Of a DNA stretch of 64,000 nt, positions 26,137 to 39,083 are shown piece after piece. The notes below the pieces were generated by a model. That model was not told the origin of the DNA, made no database searches, and worked only from the letters and a program-made list of their open reading frames with translations. Every line of letters begins with the position of its first letter. Position 1 is the first letter of the stretch. Made by a program: the position numbers and the translations under genes. The DNA comes from Haliotis rubra (taxonomy: Eukaryota): contig NW_025766959.1 of the NCBI RefSeq assembly GCF_003918875.1, positions 248,001 to 312,000 on the forward strand, read 5' to 3'.

Positions 26137-27253
26137 AACTTTCAGTGTACTGATTAGGATTTTTGTTAAACTGTGAAATCTATAACCTACATTTGACTTG
26201 TAGATCGGCAATGACATAAGTCTGTTATCTTCTGCTTAACAAGAAAATATACTGCCATGAGATTGAGTACTGGATGTCAAAACTTGTTTCATCAAGGTTA
26301 GTAAAGCTTTCAAAACGTGTTATTTTCCAAAATTTATGACCGATGTAGTTTTCTATTTTGATGTGTACTTCGTCTTCAAGGGTTGTTTTTCAATGTGAAG
26401 GTGCAAACTGTGGAGCAGTGTCAGCTGACTTTTTGGCGAAAACCTGTTCAATAGTGTATTCATAAATACACGCTCATGATAATCGGAATCGTTCATACAG
26501 TTCTGCTTTTGACAGTGTCCCTTATGAAAGTGACGGGGCGTTTGTCGCTTTCATTAACGCCATTTTCCATCACTGTCATCGAGGAGGAAACCAATATTGA
26601 GCGAAATAGAATAATAACGACGCTATCAACATATAATGCAAGTTTAGAATCACATTCAAGACAATAAATGCCTGTACACTACGTTGAATGTGTTATACGT
26701 TTACTTCAGTCGCCATAGTGCATTTATGACTACCGTCCGTATTGTGGTTGGACGGATTGCGGCTGTGACACTTCCTGGGCTGTTGCTTTCAAACAAAGCA
26801 TAGATCTTCATCAAATAATCACTTGCTAAAAACAAAGAAAGTGTTTTACAAAAGACGGTTTATTGATCCAAAATCTGGATATGAATATGTACAATATAAC
26901 ACATGTCCAATGTACACATATGAAGACGTTGGACGTGACATTCTGGTCCTGTGTTTCTTCGGCAAGCGGAATATGAACTCGTGACTACATAGAAATACAT
27001 TTGTATATTATTTCATGAGAGTTTAGACAGTCGAAAAGGGGAGGTTCAAGTTTCCTCTACAAAATATCACCGAAAGACATGTTGACGAGGCTTGATGTCT
27101 CACATCAATGTTTGCCTTCGGATTCACCCAAAATCCAATTGTTCATTGTGTCCCGAATATCTATTGCAAGGGGTGCAAGACTCATCGGAATAAGATGACA
27201 CTAATACTTTACGTTGGGTAAGAATGGCCTGACAGTTCAGTATAGTCCCTGTG

Positions 27254-28426
27254 TTACTGTTTGACTTGAATCCTACTGAAGAAGGCACCGCAGGACTCGC
27301 AGAATGGCGTCAGGCAGCAGTTGAGGCAGATGGTGTACAATTTCCTCATCATGACACAGTTGATCTCACAAGCCTTAATCTGGGGTGTGTATTGCCAAAT
27401 ATGAGCACAGGCAAGCATGGCATAACTCCAACCGTAGTAGAGACCGTACAGAGGTCCACACAGGGTCATCAGCATGTAGCAGCATTTGAAGGCGCAGTTG
27501 AAGCATGTGTTGGTAAACTTCCAGCAGCAGTCAATGCTGTGGGCACCTTCGGGCTCAGCCAAGACATCCTCAAACTGGACCTGTGGAACGGAAAGAAGGA
27601 AACGTTAGATGGAATGCATTTTCATGTTATATGGACAACTCTCTTGATACTGGTTTGTGAAATGATCTTTTGATCCAGTAATTCATAATTGTGCAGAAAT
27701 ACATATCTGTTAATTTGTCCATGTCGTTTCATTATCATAAGTAGCTAAATTTAGTTTGCTTGAGAACATAACGTGCAATATTTTATCCAATATATACTTG
27801 AATTTATTTTTGAATACTGCCATACATCGTTTACAATTGGCATAGCTTATAGATTTAAAAAGAGAGTAGAAACAATAGATCACATGACACAGTGAGGAAG
27901 AAGGAACTGGCAGGGATTTCACTTTGAATTTCTTATGCAAAAGATTTACGACAATGACAAGAGAGAAATGTATTTGACATTGTATCACGATTTTTAATAG
28001 ACGAGTGGCACATTCATCTGAGATTTAGCAACTCCATTATTTCTAACTGAAATATCGTTTACCAAATCGATTGATCAAACATTAAGCTCAGAAGGACATA
28101 TGCAGGGATGTTGGAATGTTGTCATATAATTACATGTACCTCAACCCGTGAAAATACAGGTCGTATGATACGACTAACGGGATCGGGTGGTCAGGTTCGC
28201 TGACTTGGTTAACGTATGTGATCGTATCACAATAGCGCAGACCGAAGTTCATGATATCGATCACTGGATTGTCTAATCAGACTCGATTATTTACAGACCG
28301 CCGCCATAAAGCTAGAAAAAAATTTTGCGTACGGCGTAAAATAAGAAAGAAAGAAAGTACCTTCAAATGGTCGTTAATGTTGTTGGGATCTCGGTTGTCC
28401 AAATCGATGGTTGACTGTTCACCCAT
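27254..28426 (-). CDS. CAV: Caveolin class A copy 5; join(28426-28361, 27580-27254), 130 aa
   Basis: MGEQSTIDLDNRDPNNINDHLK|VQFEDVLAEP; GT-AG intron; AATAAA at 26859-26864. Confidence 0.92.
28144..28356 (+). mobile_element. SINE family B inserted at the copy 5 splice donor
   Basis: acccgtgaa start and family B body; imperfect TSD gtacct(t)ca overlapping the donor. Confidence 0.8.
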
Positions 28427-28608
28427 TTTGAAATCAGGTAACTTTGTTAGCAGGTGATACTTGAGAACAACCAAACCAGCTGCTTGCTGAGACTACTGTC
28501 AAAGGCACATTGTATCTGCGTCTGTCTCAGCGGTCATTATATCCATGTTTGCGTGGTTACGGAGAAACATTGTCGATTAATTCCAGAGTCAGTCAATGTC
28601 TGCACTCC

Positions 28609-28630
28609 ATTGGTCGAAAAGGATCACGTG
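28609..28630 (-). promoter_or_regulatory. E-box (CACGTG)-N11-CCAAT module upstream of caveolin copy 5
   Basis: attgg 28609-13 and cacgtg 28625-30. Confidence 0.65.
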
Positions 28631-31600
28631 CCTCACGGACATGATCGTTAGGTATTTCTAACAGTTCATTTTTGGCAACTGGGATCTTTATTATTGTACC
28701 TCTAGGGACGACGAAATATATTTCTTTAGATTCAAATCTACATACAATCAATCTCATCATAAAACCTCTATTTTATATGCGGTTCTGAATGAATGGGGAA
28801 ACTTATTGTTCTGGTTCGTTTGGCGCTTTCAGTCTCAGACAGCGGGCTTTATCCACGCCGGACTTTTATTGCAGCTGAACAAAACCTACATTGAAAATGA
28901 TTTGGTGACACGGGTCATTTAAGTATCACTCATTTTGTGGGTAGTGTTTCAAGACGGATCTAATATGAGTAACAACGAAAGCATATTCATATCATCGAGT
29001 TTCATCGAAGTGATATCGGCCCTATTTTAACGTTACTGTCAGTTTCTATCAGGGGTTACCTATACAAAAGGCTAAATAAAATGTGCGAATATGCACTTGA
29101 GGAAATTTCGTATATAAACCATACTACGAAAGAAATCAACGGCTACGAAGATGTTTGGTCATGTTCTGAAAAGAATGATCGTTTGACGTTTTAGCCAAAT
29201 TATCCAGATGTGACTAGGTCTTGACTAGACAAGCCAGTGATTGACATCATGATCGCATATGTTCTATAGTATGATGATACACAAACAATTAGATATGCAA
29301 TAAAGGTAATCTCATCAGATGATCGTTGTTATTTCAACCACACAGATTACGCGATCCTGATAGATCAAGATCAGAACTGTTATGCTCTGGATATCAAGTT
29401 ATCGGTTACCCTTGTTCTATCCAAGGAAACTTTTCACAATATTCCCACAATAGTTATACTTTAGTATTAGCGTGTACTTGGGGGTACTTTTGTTAATCAA
29501 TACATACCAACTGAATTGGTGAAGTCTCTGTCTTAACTAAATTTTGGAACTCTATAATTTCAATTTGAACGCCATGTGTAAAATGTGTAAAGCGTACCCG
29601 TACCTCCAAGTCCAGGTTCTGTAAACCTATGTATATCAAATGGGATATCCAAGGGATATAAAAAAGCAACTATTTTGTGGTAACTGTATTAAAACTGACA
29701 ATTGGCTAAATTACTTTCCACTTGAACCTTCCTTTAGAATGCAATCCAAGGCAGGCGGATATGGTTATGACCTGTACACAATATGTCACCTTGTCTCACA
29801 TTCAAGTTTCCATGGAATGAACAAGGCTTATTCATATAACGTTAGAATGGAATGGTCCGCAATATGATTGATGTTGTGAGTGGACGAATAGTTTTCATCG
29901 TGGGTCATCCTTCGTCGGGTCGTCGCAACAAATTTCAACACAACTGATTGCGCATCTTATTTCACACAGAATACACTGTCTGAAAGACACAAATGGCATG
30001 TTGTCTACAAATGTGGATACCATTAAGAATGTGGAAACTTAAAAAGTATTTAAGACTGCTTTGCAGGTATAAAGTTTCTCATTCGTTTTTGCGTGTACAT
30101 TTCATAACATGCCCTTTGTCCACTGCAACTTTCCAATGCAGCTGGAAGGGATACTCACTCAACTGCTGCTGCCTAACTAGGACAGTGTGTGACCATGTCG
30201 CTATGTAATTAGATTTATTATTCATTGCTAGACTAATCTAGATGATACAACGTGAGTTAACTGAGAAGCAAATGTTTGCACACCCTGGTTTACACAGGAC
30301 ACGCACACTCGTGGACGGTGCAGGAGACGTGGTACATTACTCCAAGTGGTTTTTTCATGGGAACAGAATATATTTAAAGGTTGACAAAAACTTTGTTTTT
30401 TTCTCATCGAAGGATGTGGTTGGGTGTTCCACTCTTCATAGCGCATTGAGCAGCCATTGTGGAATGTAATTCATTATATACCTTCAAGCTGATTTTGAAT
30501 GTTTTCGTTTAAGTGATCGAATCTAAACTCATCAAGGGCAGACCACCTCAATAAGCATTTTCGTACGACATATAAAATAGTTCCAACTTGAGTGAGTGAG
30601 TGAGTTTAGTTTTACGCCGCACTCAGCAATATTCCAGCTATATGGCGGCGGCGTTCCAGCTTGAGAATCCAATGGGAAGTAAACACAAAAGAATATTTGA
30701 TGCAAGCAACTGAAGAGGAATATATTCTTAACATACAGGAATAATATTTAGACCATAAGAAAATAAAATACATAAAGTTACGATAGTTAACGAATAGGAA
30801 AATAAAATATTTAAATGAAAAGTCACTTTGAAGAAGCTAATCAAATCTGGTCAGTCTTTCGTAAAGTTCATAATGTGTGTGTCATTAATAGAAACTATTC
30901 TAACTACATGTAGAGGATACAGTTTGAGACAATGTTTAAGAACACATCCTATTTCTATCTTATGACTGCTACCAACAGATCCCCACGATGTTGGCGACCT
31001 ACGCCAAGGCATGGAGTTGAACTGACCATCGACTGATCGTTATGTTTACAAGTGACTGCCATCAAACCTTCGATTACATTAATTGTCTTGTTTCTCTGCT
31101 AATTTGATTTTTTATTTCATCTCCACTGTCAAGAAATTAGATTTTTTTAAATTATGACATTTAGACACAAATAAAGGGGAAAATCTGTGGATGTCAGTTT
31201 CTGGATTGCGAGGAACAAGACATTTTGGAATATATTCGTACATTTCCATTAAGAGATGAATTTTCACCTTTGTGCAATTATATTCTCTTTATAAATAGAG
31301 ATCATGTATAATAAATGTTATGGTCGGTCGTCAGAAGGACGATAATTTGAACATCAGCACAACATTTTTGGGACTACAATCTAACGAAAAAACCGCAAAA
31401 GCCTAATGCGTCACTTTAGGTAGCAAAAATTAGGTTTTTTTTAAACGAAACATTTCGTCATTTCAGTTATTTAGTTTTTCCTATTTTTAATGTACGATTA
31501 CTTCTTTTTCGTTTCTTCGATCATTACTCGTAATTATATTAATAATTTCCTTATTTCAAGTTTATTTTCACAACCTGAACATTCAAGACAATAATCGAAT

Positions 31601-32039
31601 TTACGAGAATAAAGTTGCAGATGCGAGAATATAGTCGAAAGTTAAGCTTTTAAAAGAAACTTGAAATACTGATAAAATACATCGAAGTAGAGGGGATATC
31701 GTCGATTTTGTTTTGATTATTTTTAAATAATTGAAACTGTGGGAAAATAATTGAGGAAACGAAAAATTACTCGAATTTTGACATAATGACTGAAACAACG
31801 AGAAAATATTCGGGGCACAGAGAACAAGTGTGCAAGGTTTTGTATAAACTTGAAATATCGAAAATAAAGTAAGGAGGAAAATCGACGAAGAAATACAATT
31901 ATTTGAAATATCGAGAAATTCCGTCTTAAAATATAAATTAAGCTACCAAAATGCCACCTCTGGAACCCAGGACAACCGATACTTTGCTTGTTGACCCTGC
32001 CATTCCGCAGTGCCCCCGTGTAAGGGGTCATTCTTCCTT

Positions 32040-32270
32040 TGCGGTTCCGGTTAGAATTGGTCATCAGCAACACATGCTTGTCGTAAGGGCGACTAACGGG
32101 ATCGGGTTGTCAGGCTCGCTGTTGAGACATGGTCTAGCCTCCAAACAGCGTTGATAAATGTTCATGAAGTTAATCACTGGATTGTCTGGCATAGACACCA
32201 TTATGTACGGACTGCAGTCATATTGCTGGAATGTTGCTCATTGTGGCGTTAAACAAATACAAACAAACAA
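32040..32270 (+). mobile_element. SINE family B
   Basis: catgcttgtcgtaagggcgactaacgggatc core and the shared tail. Confidence 0.75.
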
Positions 32271-32847
32271 ATGTTGATTTTGAACGGTCGTCAAAAGCCC
32301 TAAGGATTTCATATTGTCGATTTTCTTTATCGGCGGTACCGTGTAAACTCTCCACGCTTGCTTCCAGTATAATTTGTGATCAGGCTGGGAGTTCATGGTC
32401 GATATAGTGATACTACATGAGGAATAATGACATAATTTAAACTAACAGAACACAGTTACATGTAACCTATATGTTGATATGTTTTGGCCTCTCATCTGCC
32501 GACTTTGGAACAGGCTTCGGCAGAAAGAATATGGTTCAACAACATACATTCTGTCCAGACGCCATTGGTGTTTAGAGAACTGGGGGATTGTCGATGTTCT
32601 CGTGTAAAGTCTTCAGATGAGTGCAGATTAGACCAACAACTAGTCTCTGAATTGAACATATTTTTTTTTAAAAAACAGTTCATAATAAAAAAAAGATAAA
32701 ATATTATGAGAAGGAGACCTGTATGAAGCTCCCGAAGGGACATTTGCGTATCCCAAAAAATAAAATAACAATCTCGTTATAACGACTTATAATCTCATTA
32801 TAACGACCTTTAAATGTCATAATAACGACTTTTAAATCTTGTAATAA

Positions 32848-33055
32848 TGTCCTTACATTTTAAACATCACCATAGCTATTCACAGAACCACACACTAACC
32901 AAAGTGTCCTTACATTTTATACATCACCATAGCTAGTTCACAGTACCACACAGTAACCAAAGTGTCCTTACATTTTATACATCGCCATAGCTAGTTCACA
33001 GTACCACACAGTAACCAAAGTGTCCTTACATTTTATACATCACCATAGCTAGTTT
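32848..33055. repeat. 58-bp tandem repeat, about 3.5 copies
   Basis: tgtccttacattttatacatcaccatagctagttcacagtaccacacagtaaccaaag units start at 32848, 32905, 32963 and 33021. Confidence 0.9.
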
Positions 33056-33289
33056 TGATATGCAAATGTCCCTTGAGGAGCTTCGTAATCCTGAGACTTT
33101 CTTCATTTTTAGAAACTGGAAATCTAGACTTGCCACATAATCTAGACTTACATAGGCTGTCTTGGATATGTTTGTTTCAGGGTCTGTATGACAGACTAAG
33201 TGTAGATTCACACTTGATTTCTTCATAGACGCGTACTATCTGGAGCTACAAGGGAACTTCATGCGAATATCACTGAAAGCAACATGACG

Positions 33290-33505
33290 GATTTTGGTTA
33301 GAATTGGTCTTCAGCAACCCATGCTTGCAATAAAAATCGGATGGTCAGGCTCGCTTACTTTGTTGAGACGTGTCATCGTGTCCCAACTCCGTAGATAGAT
33401 GCTCATGATGTTGATCTCTGGATTGTCTGGTCCAGACTTAATTATTTACAGACCGCCGCCATATAGCTGGAATATTGTCGAGTGCGGCGTTAAACAAAAA
33501 GCAAA
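33290..33505 (+). mobile_element. SINE family B
   Basis: ggttagaattggtcttcagcaacccatgc...gccatatagctggaatatt...gcggcgttaaac. Confidence 0.8.
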
Positions 33506-34515
33506 CGATTCAAGACGAAACCACATTTGTCCTTCTTGCATGTATCGTAACTGACCACCTCAAGCATTACCAGACATTGGTAAAAAACTACCAGACTGTA
33601 ATAGCAAGCCACTATTCCTGTCCTCTCCCCATGATCGGGTCTTTGACATGGTCGAAGCCTTGTACACAGGCGTCAACGGTAGAACTTGGCCAGGCGCCAC
33701 AAGAGGAGCAGGAAAGATTCCCTCATATTGTAATTGTGAGATTGATTCGGACTATGTTATTAACTGTTGTGCATGAACGACTGTTTCACCGGCTTCAAGA
33801 CTTGGTTCATTTTATTAATCTTATCGACAACTCTGTCTTCTTTATGGCACTAATCGATAAACCACCAACATGTTTTTGTCGCGTTACACTTGGTCCACCA
33901 TTTTCTTACTCACCCGTCACCATCCATCACCCGTCGATAACTCTTTGTATGAGTGTATGTATGTGTGCGCGTGCGTGTTCGTGTTTGTATGTACTATGAA
34001 ATCGTAATAAATGGTCTGGGTGGGACTCTAACGATCTAAAGATTGTTTAGGTTTGTTTTGTCTTTGTGTGTTCTGACTTTAAAGTTTCCTTCAAAAAACA
34101 CCATACTCCAGACAACACACATTTATAAGGATTTTTACTTGTGTATAGAAAGTTTGCATATTTGATGATAATACTCTAAATGTGCTGATATTCAAATTTC
34201 CATTCTAAGTATGTAAAGTCAAACCACCTATCAAAGAACAATTGTATAATTATGCATATTCAGTTGGATTCACACATTTTCTATGTTCAAACTGATTCAA
34301 ATGTGTTTGTCGAAGGAAACGACAGAGAAGACTCTGACAAGTACTATTTGTACACACTGGGTTCCAAAGAGTAGAGGAAAGTTATCACAGTTTCTTGGGA
34401 AGGCAGTTTTCTCAGCCGGCGAGACAGAACTCAAGGAGTTGAGAGGATGTCCCTTCCATCCTCGTCCAACGGGAGCCTGAGCATTTTGACGTAGCGTCGC
34501 TTCTGAGACTGAAGG

Positions 34516-37500
34516 TTATTTGTTGGCGACGGCTATTTTACTGAAGCACAGACCACATGCTTCACATATTGGAGCCAGACAACAGTTCATGACGGAGCCG
34601 AAGAATTTCTGGTAGCATCCAAGATAGCTGCCGAACATCCTGAGGCAGGGTGTGTATTGCCAGATGTGTTGGAAGGACACCATGGCGAACTCGCATCCCC
34701 AGCAGAGAGACAGGGGAATAGCACAGATGAAGGTGAGGAAGGTGTAACAGCAGCTCTTGCTGCAGTTGAAACATTTATAGGAGTTACGCCAGACGCAATC
34801 TGCACTGTGGGCTCCCTCGGGCTCACCGATAACATCCTCGAACATCACCTGCAAGCAAGAGAAATAATATACTAGGCACATAAAGAAACTGTGCATACAA
34901 AAATTTAAAATCTAAATTTATCAAACCTGTGTAGACACATAAGGATTTAAACTCAGAGATTAGTGACATGTATCCAACATGCATGCACGTGCCACGTTCC
35001 GTGACGTCAGGGGGGTCGTCCTTGAGACGTGCAAAACGTTGTTGCATGTGCATTCCGGGAAAGAGAAACAGAGCAAATGAATGCCACACAATACTGTCAC
35101 TTTGGAAAGCTCAACCCCTGCCCTTGCGATCGTTCAAAAAATTAAACGGCTATTGAAACGCATAGCATGCCAAGGCTCACGTCTGCACAACGTCACGAGG
35201 CCATTGGGATGGTCCGTGGGGGAATGTCTCAACGACAAGTGGCTGCACATTTCCACTGCCACCGGAACACCATTTCTGCACTGGTGAGACGCTACCAGAA
35301 CACAAATGACGTCATAGATCGGCCACGTTCTGGACGTCCACGTGTAACAACGTTAAGACAGGACAGATGGATAAGGGTGACCCATCTTCGCCACAGGTTT
35401 CAGACCGCAGTGATGACTGCCCGAACCATCCCAGGACTTCGCCGTATCCACGTATCCAGTTCGACAACGTTTACGTCATCACGGGATCAGTCCACGACGT
35501 CCCGCCATAGGCCTATCCTGACACAACGTCATCGACAAGCTCGCCGAATGTGGTGCCGAAATCATGTCCGCAGACCCTTGTTTTGGTGGAGAAATGTTGT
35601 TTTTACAGATGAGTCCAGGTTTAACATTTCCCATAGTGATGGACGTAAACGTGCCTATACGCGTGGGAGAACGTTATGCACAGGCCTGTGTCTTTGGTGG
35701 TGGTATCTCTCCCCGATAGAGCATGTTTGGGACGAGATGGATCGAGATGGATCGACGTCTACGCCGTCTTCCTCATCCGCCAGATAACGTCCTTGGACCT
35801 TCCAACAGAACTTGAGAGAATCTGGCGTGACATCCCACAAGCCTTCCTTGCACGTTTGATAGGCTCTATGCGTCGTCGATGCACTGCTGTTCTCAATGCC
35901 GATGGTGGACATACCCGTTATTGAGCTTGTGACATGGTCGTTTGACCCCTGTCCCGCTTGTGGACTCGTGACGTCATTGTGATTGACTTTTCAATTGAAA
36001 TTCTCCCGACTTGTTATGGTATCATGATCCCTCCATTAAAGTTTATATGTACCTTTGACATTGTTATCGTACTTATCAACTGGGATAATATTTTGACAAT
36101 GCACAGTTTCTTTATGTGGCTAGTATATTTTGGAGCTCTTGACACATCATCTTGACACAACAGACACTGCATCTTGTTTGTCCAAATTTCTGTCTATGTT
36201 AAGTATGTTGTTGTTGTATGTTGAACCATATCAACGTGTCGGACTATAAAAATGATTTACATTCTTATCGGTTGAGTAGTTGTGATTGCAACTTGGTGAA
36301 ATATGTGTTAATTTCAAACACACAGATACGGGCATGATCTAACTGTACTAGCATAGTTCTGCTTAAATACAATTCAATTCTACAATTCTGCTTAAATGTT
36401 TGTCAAAAGAACGCTTTGGGAGCAAGCACTTGACTTTCGAAAGGTGGGCCAGTTGCGCGATTTTGGGATGTTTTTCTTTAAGCGTTATAGAAGCTCAATA
36501 ATATTTTAAAGCATAAATATTTTTAATATTTTATTTCATCATTAACTCAGTGTATTCCTTAAACAAATTTGTATGACTTTGTAGTAGACCATTAATGAAA
36601 TATATCAGTAAACCAAATAAGAATGCAACTATGAATACACAGTGCCATTTAGAAAGTGGCCAAATGTTACAAATGTTATATATGGGATTACACTTTCTTA
36701 GAAAAGTACAGATTTTGTACCTTTTGGGTTGAGTCCCATCCGGGATTCGATGGCGTTTACGTACCTGATTCTGAGGGTGTATGTTCGAATCCCGGATGGG
36801 ACTCAACCCAAAAGGTACAAAATCTGTACTTTACTTAGAAAGTGTAATCCCACATATAACATATGTTGTAAAAGAATGCAACTATGAAATATTTCCATAA
36901 TACCGATGAGTACTTCACATAACTGGTCTGATGAATTACTCATGTGTTAAACAACGCATTGCAATATACCAGAATCATTCATGTTTAACATTCACTCTCT
37001 GGTGTCCGTCAAAGAAATGTATTTTAACAATACTGAGCTTATCATAAAGATACCTTACCGAAATAGCCACCCATATATTGAGTGCCACCACTGAAGGGTT
37101 CCCAGTATAAGATGAGACTTTAAAGACATACTTGGGCAGTACAGTGTGTATTATTTTCGCTTTAAATTCGATACAAAATATTATCGATATTGAATAACAA
37201 AGTACTGGTTGGGCAGTTCATGGGGTACGCCGTTTCTAGTATCGTAGGGTGTTGTATAGGTGGTGGTGATATAGTTTTAGGGCGACTTCGACTAGAATGG
37301 TCTATGTGGAGCCCAAGGGTGTTGTAGAGTCAGTATACAGAGTAGGCTCCCCTGCGTCTAATCCAATCAGTGCACTTTGACCGAAGATCGCGTTGCGTTC
37401 TACCGAATGTGACGCTCGACTCCTGGGCGAAAACACACTGCGGAGTCTTGGAAATATGTAGCATCGGTGCACAACCTTGTCCCAAATATATTAAATAATC

Positions 37501-39083
37501 AGACCACCTGTGTATACGTTGTTGCAGGATGAACACATTGATCACATGTCCACAGGATGGACAAACATCATCATCCTTGGAGATATTTGCTCCACTATGC
37601 AGACCTCTCCTGAATGGTTCCACAATTAGGTTCTGTAGATCCGTAACAACGACGTGTAACGACGTCACTGCTGTAGCAGTGATGCAACAACATTATGAAG
37701 CCATCGCATAAGCATTTATGCGCCACTAAAGACAATATTGAAAGCGTTCATGACACCGTCTCCAAAACATGCCAAATCACGTCTTCCACTGGAGATTTAA
37801 TCTGACCTCTTCAGACAACAGAACCAACGATCACAGACTTTGATTCAAACGTCATCTTTGGAACCATAGTAAATGATCTTTTCCTCGACGTTGTTTCAGT
37901 GGAGGACGAACTGCTTGACTTGGAAATAACACAACTTGCCTCTAACGATGGTCATGCTAATGCGAACGTCTGTGTGATAAACTGCTCATTCAGATCCAAG
38001 GACGACCGTGTGTTCGCATAGCTGTACAACAGTTCCAGTGGTCTGTGTCCTCCAATACTAGTCTGAATGAGTGAGCCGCTTTTAGCAATATTCCAGCAAT
38101 ATAACGGCGGAGAGCACCAGAAATGGGCTTCATACATTGTACCCATGTGGGGAATCGAACGCGGGTCTTCCGCATGACAAGCAAACTCTTTAACCACTAG
38201 GCTACCCCACCGCCACACTCTAAATGAAGTTGTGCACCCTTTTTCAGCATCTAAAATTCAAATCTCATTTTACTCCGAAATGTGCACACTGTCACCACTT
38301 GGCGCTACTGGGCATGGAAGCAGTGTTTTCATACTTTCAGTTACACGTGTAGTAAATGACAATAACTCCCGTTCGGGTGTATCCACTTTGCGAACATCAA
38401 ATGTCAAGCAATTTTCATCCGATTTCCAATAATTATGTTGGCTGAACATTCATTACTGCGTGTTCTGTTTCATTCCTATTCCTGTTCGTATTAACTATTG
38501 CATTAAGTGTACATGGTCCCTGGAACACAGCCTGTAGCCCCGTTCTTGTTCTGATCATATCAGATCATTACACTTCCTATTACTACTGTATCATTTGGCT
38601 AAACAATGATTAATGTGAATGTTTGTGTGACGTTGTGAGGAAATACGATCGAGATAAAAAAACAACAACAACGATACAATAACCCTCTATTTAGTTACAG
38701 CATTCGATGTATCTGACCGGCTTTATCCCCAGGATAATTGGACTGATTGGACATAGTACAGCATTAACGCCGTTCTTTTGCTGAGTTTGCATATATATCA
38801 TAGAGTATGTATTTCACACGAATAATGCGTACATCCTTACAATTCAAACCTTTAACAGACAATATCATTCAATGAATCAAAAATGCATATCAACATACAA
38901 AGAACATTTTTAACACAAATCCATTTTTATCATTTTCTTTTTGTAATTAACTGACACTTTTACTTCGTATAAATTTCATATTGAATTTCCACTTGATACA
39001 AATCATATATTTCATTTAATACGTACCTTCAGGTGGTCATTGAGGTTGTTAGGGTCTCTGTTCATCATGTCCAGTTCTGCCAT
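34516..39083 (-). CDS. CAV: Caveolin class B copy 6; join(39083-39027, 34848-34516), 129 aa
   Basis: MAELDMMNRDPNNLNDHLK|VMFEDVIGEPEGAHS; GT-AG; 4.2-kb intron containing a Tc1 and SINEs. Confidence 0.9.
34870..36125 (+). mobile_element. Internally deleted Tc1 element with both TIRs and a TA target-site duplication, inside the caveolin copy 6 intron
   Basis: 27-bp TIRs tactag(g/c)cacataaagaaactgtgcat with one mismatch, TA on both sides. Frameshifted transposase 35167-35924 (RSGRPR, FTDESRF, SPIEHVW, GGHTRY) lacks the middle catalytic segment. Confidence 0.92.
36636..36871. mobile_element. Foldback (inverted-duplicated) SINE family C copy
   Basis: About 85-bp inverted arms; 17-bp TSD aagaatgcaactatgaa at 36619-36635 and 36872-36888. 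Confidence 0.8.
38065..38215 (-). mobile_element. SINE family A
   Basis: Homology to the 25299-25469 copy. Confidence 0.8.

Noticed and set aside
9756-27673. Conserved plus-strand ORFs (MLLFDLNPTEEG...) opposite each class A exon 2
   Set aside because: Antisense shadows of the caveolin coding exons; their starts are non-ATG or inconsistent between copies.
33085-33230. Segment similar to 62545-62640 with a short open frame
   Set aside because: Indels between the two copies break the frame; treated as an unclassified dispersed repeat.
37330-37930. Possible LINE endonuclease remnant (IIILGD)
   Set aside because: A single short motif; not enough to call.
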